A stretch of DNA of 64,000 nt from an uncultured Candidatus Binatia bacterium (GTDB lineage: Bacteria; Desulfobacterota; Binatia; Bin18), in contig OZ243961.1 in assembly GCA_965214605.1 (NCBI GenBank), positions 4,096,001 through 4,160,000 on the forward strand, in the 5' to 3' direction. Below, one piece after another: positions 60,065 to 64,000 of the stretch. Both the position numbers and the translations under genes were made by a program. Each line of letters starts with the position of its first letter. The first letter of the stretch is position 1. Below the pieces are notes generated by a model. It saw only the letters and a list, made by a program, of their open reading frames with translations. It was not told where the DNA came from and did no database searches.

Positions 60065-60562
60065 CTATCCCGAGCCACCGATCAATTTTGGGCGGATGTA
60101 GGTGCCACTCTTGCCCCCAATTTTTCGCTGAAGACACACGTCTGAGATGCGCATGCCTTTTTCAACCGCTTTACACATGTCGTAGACCGTTAAGGCCGCG
60201 ACCGATACCGCGGTCAGGGCTTCCATTTCGACGCCGGTTTTGCCCTGCACCGCGACCCGCGCTTCAACATCTAGCCGGCCGGTCTGTGGGTGGGGCGCGA
60301 ACTCGACCGTGATCGACGTCAGCGACAGGGGATGACACAACGGGATCAGCTCGGCAGTTTTTTTGGCCGCCATAATGCCAGCAACCCGGGCAACGGCTAG
60401 TACGTCGCCTTTGGGTAGCTGGCCGGTGGTGAGCAGGCGCAGGGTTTCGGGCCGCATATGGACCGTGCCGCTGGCGAGCGCCTCGCGGGTGGTAACAGCC
60501 TTGTCGCCAACATCAACCATGCGGGCGCGGCCTTGAGCATCGGTGTGGCTGAGTTTATCCAT
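60065..60562 (-). CDS. moaC: Cyclic pyranopterin monophosphate synthase
   Basis: [43 protein letters not shown] and YDMCKAV motifs. Confidence 0.97.
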   Translation of the reverse strand: MDKLSHTDAQGRARMVDVGDKAVTTREALASGTVHMRPETLRLLTTGQLPKGDVLAVARVAGIMAAKKTAELIPLCHPLSLTSITVEFAPHPQTGRLDVEARVAVQGKTGVEMEALTAVSVAALTVYDMCKAVEKGMRISDVCLQRKIGGKSGTYIRPKLIGGSG

Positions 60563-60750
60563 AGTAGGCCCCCAAGTGTTAGCGCTGTTAGGCAGCGTGT
60601 GAGTTCAGTCTGCCATAGGTAAAAGGAAACTGGCAAGCGGCGGCTCACCGACGGAGCACAGCGCGGGCGACGCACAAGACAGGTCGGCCGGGCTTGACGG
60701 CACGATATAGGCTCGCTAGCCAAAAGAAAACGACACAGAGAGGATAGGCA

Positions 60751-61167
60751 ATGCTGCAAACACTCCTCCTCACCGCAACCGGTATATGGCTTGGAGCCAT
60801 GGTGTTTTTTGCCTCGGTCGTTGCGCCGACGGTGTTTGGTACGCTGGCACCGCTCGACGCCGGACAGATGATCCGCCGGGTGTTTCCCAGATATTATCTG
60901 TTCGGCCTGGTGTGTTTAACGATTGCCCTGCTGGCCAGCCTTGTTGGTCCGGGTTGGTGGACGGCGGCTTTCGTCCTGCTTCTGGCGATCACCGTCTACG
61001 CCCGACAAATTTTGATGCCCAAGATCAATACCGCGCGCGATGCCATGCTCGAAAAGAACGAAGAACATTCTCCTGCCTTCACTCGTTTGCATAGGCTGTC
61101 GGTTCGACTCAACGTGTTCGAAATGCTCGTGTGTGTGGTCCTGATGTATGCGATGGCGGCTGGCTGA
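60751..61167 (+). CDS. DUF4149 membrane protein
   Basis: WLG..VFF..VVAP.VF..L....AG......FP.YY and F.RLH.LSV.LN patterns. Confidence 0.85.
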   Translation: MLQTLLLTATGIWLGAMVFFASVVAPTVFGTLAPLDAGQMIRRVFPRYYLFGLVCLTIALLASLVGPGWWTAAFVLLLAITVYARQILMPKINTARDAMLEKNEEHSPAFTRLHRLSVRLNVFEMLVCVVLMYAMAAG

Positions 61168-61181
61168 GGAGTGCCTCCCTC

Positions 61182-61661
61182 TCAGTTGTTCTGGTCAAAC
61201 ACAAAACGGAGTTTGCCCGGTGCGCTCGCCAAGGTTTTCCACGAGGGTATATTGAGCTCAATGCCAACCAAAGCCCCGGTTGGCAGGGACAGGTCTTGGT
61301 CACTCAGCCGACTGACGAGGTCTTCGAGGTCGGGGTTATGGCCGACTAGCAACACCGATTGACAGGCATCATCCAGCCCGGTCAAGACGTCGAGATGCTG
61401 AGCGAGCCCGGACAGATACAGGCTGTCCAGTGTTGTAATCATGCCCTCGTAGTCGGCCGTCCGCGCCGCTCGCTTGGCAGTCTGGCGGGCACGTCGGGCG
61501 GACGACGAAACGATGAGGTCGAGCCGAATTCTCTGACGACCGACCTCTTCCCCAGCCTGCTTGGCTTGCTGGACGCCCCGTTTTTTAAGGCTGCGCTCAA
61601 AGTCGCGCTCGGGATTGCCCTGTTGGGCTTTGCCGTGGCGTAGGATGAGCAGGGTTTTCAC
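61182..61661 (-). CDS. sixA: SixA-like histidine phosphatase
   Basis: LLILRHGKA, SSSARRARQTA and LLVGHNP motifs; GTG start 61661. Confidence 0.85.
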   Translation of the reverse strand: MKTLLILRHGKAQQGNPERDFERSLKKRGVQQAKQAGEEVGRQRIRLDLIVSSSARRARQTAKRAARTADYEGMITTLDSLYLSGLAQHLDVLTGLDDACQSVLLVGHNPDLEDLVSRLSDQDLSLPTGALVGIELNIPSWKTLASAPGKLRFVFDQNN

Positions 61662-61671
61662 GCTATCTTCG

Positions 61672-63012
61672 CTAGACAAACCTGAGCAAACGATCCGCCC
61701 GCAGCAGCTTGGTCTTGATCGGCAGCTGGGACGGGCAAGCTTGTTCACACGGCGCTCTGCAGTCCACACACTGTGCCGCGGTGCGTGCCTCGGACAGTTT
61801 GGCATACTCTTCCATGCCGACCCGCTGCTGGTTGTAGTTTTCGTAATACATGGCGTAGCGCAGGATATCATCAACCGGCACCTCGGCCGGGCAGGAGGAC
61901 AGACACTCTCCACACCCGGGCGGGCAGTAGTCGTTGGCAATCAACCGGTCGTATTTTTCGAGCAGCGCAACATCGGCCTGTTGCACTGGCTGAGCCGAGG
62001 CGTGCAAATACTCGTCGATTTGGGACCGTGAGTTCATGGTCACCACTAGACAGCTGACATCCTGATTTGACAGCACCCATTTGAAGGCTGCTTGGGAGAA
62101 GGATTCTCGCTCGGTTGAGCTAAAGTCCGACAGGACCGTGTGCCGGGCACCCTTGAGCGTCTTCATGGCCACGACCCCGACCCCCTTTTGCTTGGCATCG
62201 TGAAAGATCGTGCTCAGCTCGGGCCAATTCCGAAAATTATAGGCAACCATGATAACGTCAAAGCGGTCCGAGTCAACGGCGTGGCGCATGACCTGTTCCA
62301 GCCGGGGGGTATGGGACGAGACGCCTAAAAAGCGCAGCTTGCCCTGCTCTTTGAGCCGATCGAACGCCTCGTGGATATTCGGGTTCATCAGCCGCTCAAT
62401 GGAGTTACAGGCGTGGATATGGGCGAGGTCGAGGTAGTCGGTGCCAATCCGTTGCAGGCTGGCTTCTACCACCGCGATCACCTCTTTGACCGGCGTGGAG
62501 TTGCTGAGATGACCCTCTGGAGTACAAAACTTCGACACAATAAACAGCTCGTCGCGCGGATAGCCTCTGATCCCTTCACCTAGCGTGCGCTCTGAGCCAG
62601 CCCGAGAATAGTCGGGCGAGGTGTCAAAATAATTAACGCCTCGTTCGATCGCATACTTGACGAGCGAGGTGTCGTGGAGACCCGAGCAGCCAAAAGAGAT
62701 GTCCGATACCTTTATTCCGGTCCGACCTAGGGTGCGGTATTGGCGGATGCCGGCCTCCTGCCAGGCAGCACTTTTTTGGGCAGCCTCTTCCTCGACCGGC
62801 TGGAGTAAAAAGAGCTGCGTCTTATATTCACAGCCGGCGGTCAGAGCCGCGCTGCCACCGGCAAGCCCGATAGCAGCCTGCCGCAGAAAATTGCGCCGAC
62901 TCTGTTTGTTGACCGGGGTCGAACGGGACGTTTGCTTGGTCTGCACGGGCGGCCTCCTCAGCAGAGTGGATTGATCATGGATGAGGCTAGCACGGGTACG
63001 AGCCATAGACAA
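61672..63012 (-). CDS. Aldo/keto reductase with Tat signal and C-terminal Fe-S (2x CxxC-type) domain
   Basis: SRRNFL Tat motif, YRTLGRTG.KVS, GVNYFDTS..Y, SLQRIGTDYLD and AMKTL; CGEC..SCP and CVDC..PCEQACP. Start uncertain. Confidence 0.88.
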   Translation of the reverse strand: MSMARTRASLIHDQSTLLRRPPVQTKQTSRSTPVNKQSRRNFLRQAAIGLAGGSAALTAGCEYKTQLFLLQPVEEEAAQKSAAWQEAGIRQYRTLGRTGIKVSDISFGCSGLHDTSLVKYAIERGVNYFDTSPDYSRAGSERTLGEGIRGYPRDELFIVSKFCTPEGHLSNSTPVKEVIAVVEASLQRIGTDYLDLAHIHACNSIERLMNPNIHEAFDRLKEQGKLRFLGVSSHTPRLEQVMRHAVDSDRFDVIMVAYNFRNWPELSTIFHDAKQKGVGVVAMKTLKGARHTVLSDFSSTERESFSQAAFKWVLSNQDVSCLVVTMNSRSQIDEYLHASAQPVQQADVALLEKYDRLIANDYCPPGCGECLSSCPAEVPVDDILRYAMYYENYNQQRVGMEEYAKLSEARTAAQCVDCRAPCEQACPSQLPIKTKLLRADRLLRFV

Positions 63013-63591
63013 TCAAGACAGACAAAAACGGTGGATAGTGGCCCGTTTGGTCTCGGTATCAAAAATCGCATAGGCTCCGCGTCTATCCCGGTCACGGGGC
63101 TGGGAGGGAGAGCCGGGATTGACAACGAGGACAGAGCCGGTCCGCTGCACAAACGGTACATGGGTATGGCCAAAACACACGAGGTCGTAGGACAGGCTGG
63201 CAAACTGTTTGAGCCGCGCGCTGCCGGGGTAGATATACTCGTCGTAGGGCTCCCACGGGTTGGCGTGGACCATCAGAATCTTTGCTCCACCACACTCAAT
63301 CTCGCGGGTTAACGGAGCCTGGGCCAAGAAGGCGAGTGATTCTGGGGAAAAGGTCTCCCGACATTTTTGCAGATAGGCGGGGTTGCGTCCGCCAAACAAG
63401 ACCAGTTCGTGGTTGCCCTGAATACACACCACCCCGGCCCGTCTGAGCAACTCTACTGTGTCCGCGCAAAAGCGGTACTCGCTGATGGCGTCACCAGGAC
63501 ACAGAAGCATATCGGTCGAGGGCATGTCCTCAAGGGCATGCCGTAGGGCTGTGGCGTCAGCGTGAATATCAGAAATAATACCAATCTTCAT
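63013..63591 (-). CDS. YfcE-like metallophosphoesterase
   Basis: ISDIH, GD, GNHE, GHTH and NPGS motifs. Confidence 0.92.
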   Translation of the reverse strand: MKIGIISDIHADATALRHALEDMPSTDMLLCPGDAISEYRFCADTVELLRRAGVVCIQGNHELVLFGGRNPAYLQKCRETFSPESLAFLAQAPLTREIECGGAKILMVHANPWEPYDEYIYPGSARLKQFASLSYDLVCFGHTHVPFVQRTGSVLVVNPGSPSQPRDRDRRGAYAIFDTETKRATIHRFCLS

Positions 63592-63739
63592 ACAAACTCT
63601 GTGTTCTAAAGACTTCTGGGTGGAGACGCAAGTGGCCGGAACTCAATGCGGGCGGGCAAGACACTATTCACATTCTTGCAAGCCACGCCCAGAGATGCCA
63701 TAGCATCTGGCAGCGTTAGGCAGAGTCAGGGAGATTGAT

Positions 63740-64000
63740 ATGGCACAGACCGATACCCTATGCGGTTGGGGAGAGCAGGAGCGGGTTGATTATTTTGTGA
63801 CACGCAGCGCACTTTTGATCCCCAAGCGCTATGAACAGCTGAGCAGCCTCGTCGACTTCTTCCCCTGGCCGACCGATCAGCCCATTCGGGTATTGGATCT
63901 AGGTGCCGGCTATGGGGCGGTGACAGAGACTATTCTCAACCGCTATCCGCAGGCCAGCGTTGTGTGGCTGGACGGCTCTGCGGCCATGCAGGAGCACGCT
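63740..64000 (+). CDS. Class I SAM-dependent methyltransferase (runs off the window)
   Basis: RVLDLGAGYG motif I and WLDGSAAM motif II; GGGAG RBS. Confidence 0.85.
   Translation, partial: MAQTDTLCGWGEQERVDYFVTRSALLIPKRYEQLSSLVDFFPWPTDQPIRVLDLGAGYGAVTETILNRYPQASVVWLDGSAAMQEHA

Overview
GC-rich (about 60%) bacterial chromosomal window with no rRNA, tRNA, CRISPR array or intact mobile element. The gene content (CuMMO, hopanoid hpnA/B/G, several luciferase-like/F420-type oxidoreductases, class II RNR, mreBCD-mrdA-rodA) would fit a deltaproteobacterial or Binatia-like, possibly host-associated organism; this is inference only. The main feature is a highly divergent copper membrane monooxygenase (CuMMO) operon at 7.6-14.7 kb: pmoD-like, xmoC, xmoA, a small unknown His-N-terminal membrane protein, xmoB, a second pmoD-like gene, a two-domain multicopper oxidase and a cupredoxin with a His/Met-rich repeat. 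It is flanked by an esterase, a glycerol dehydrogenase, a PQQ alcohol dehydrogenase with the lanthanide-type DxD motif and a glyoxalase-family gene, which together suggest a non-methane (possibly C3/acetone-type) oxidation system. Two peroxiredoxin-family genes that the ORF track splits or truncates carry an in-frame TGA at the catalytic Cys, each followed by a SECIS-like hairpin, so both are probable selenoproteins. The rest is housekeeping and catabolic genes interspersed with decay: a collapsed bioF-bioA-bioD with intact bioB, a collapsed type I R-M locus, a frameshifted hpnB, a DDN pseudogene and a truncated protease. All family assignments are from motif recognition, not database searches.
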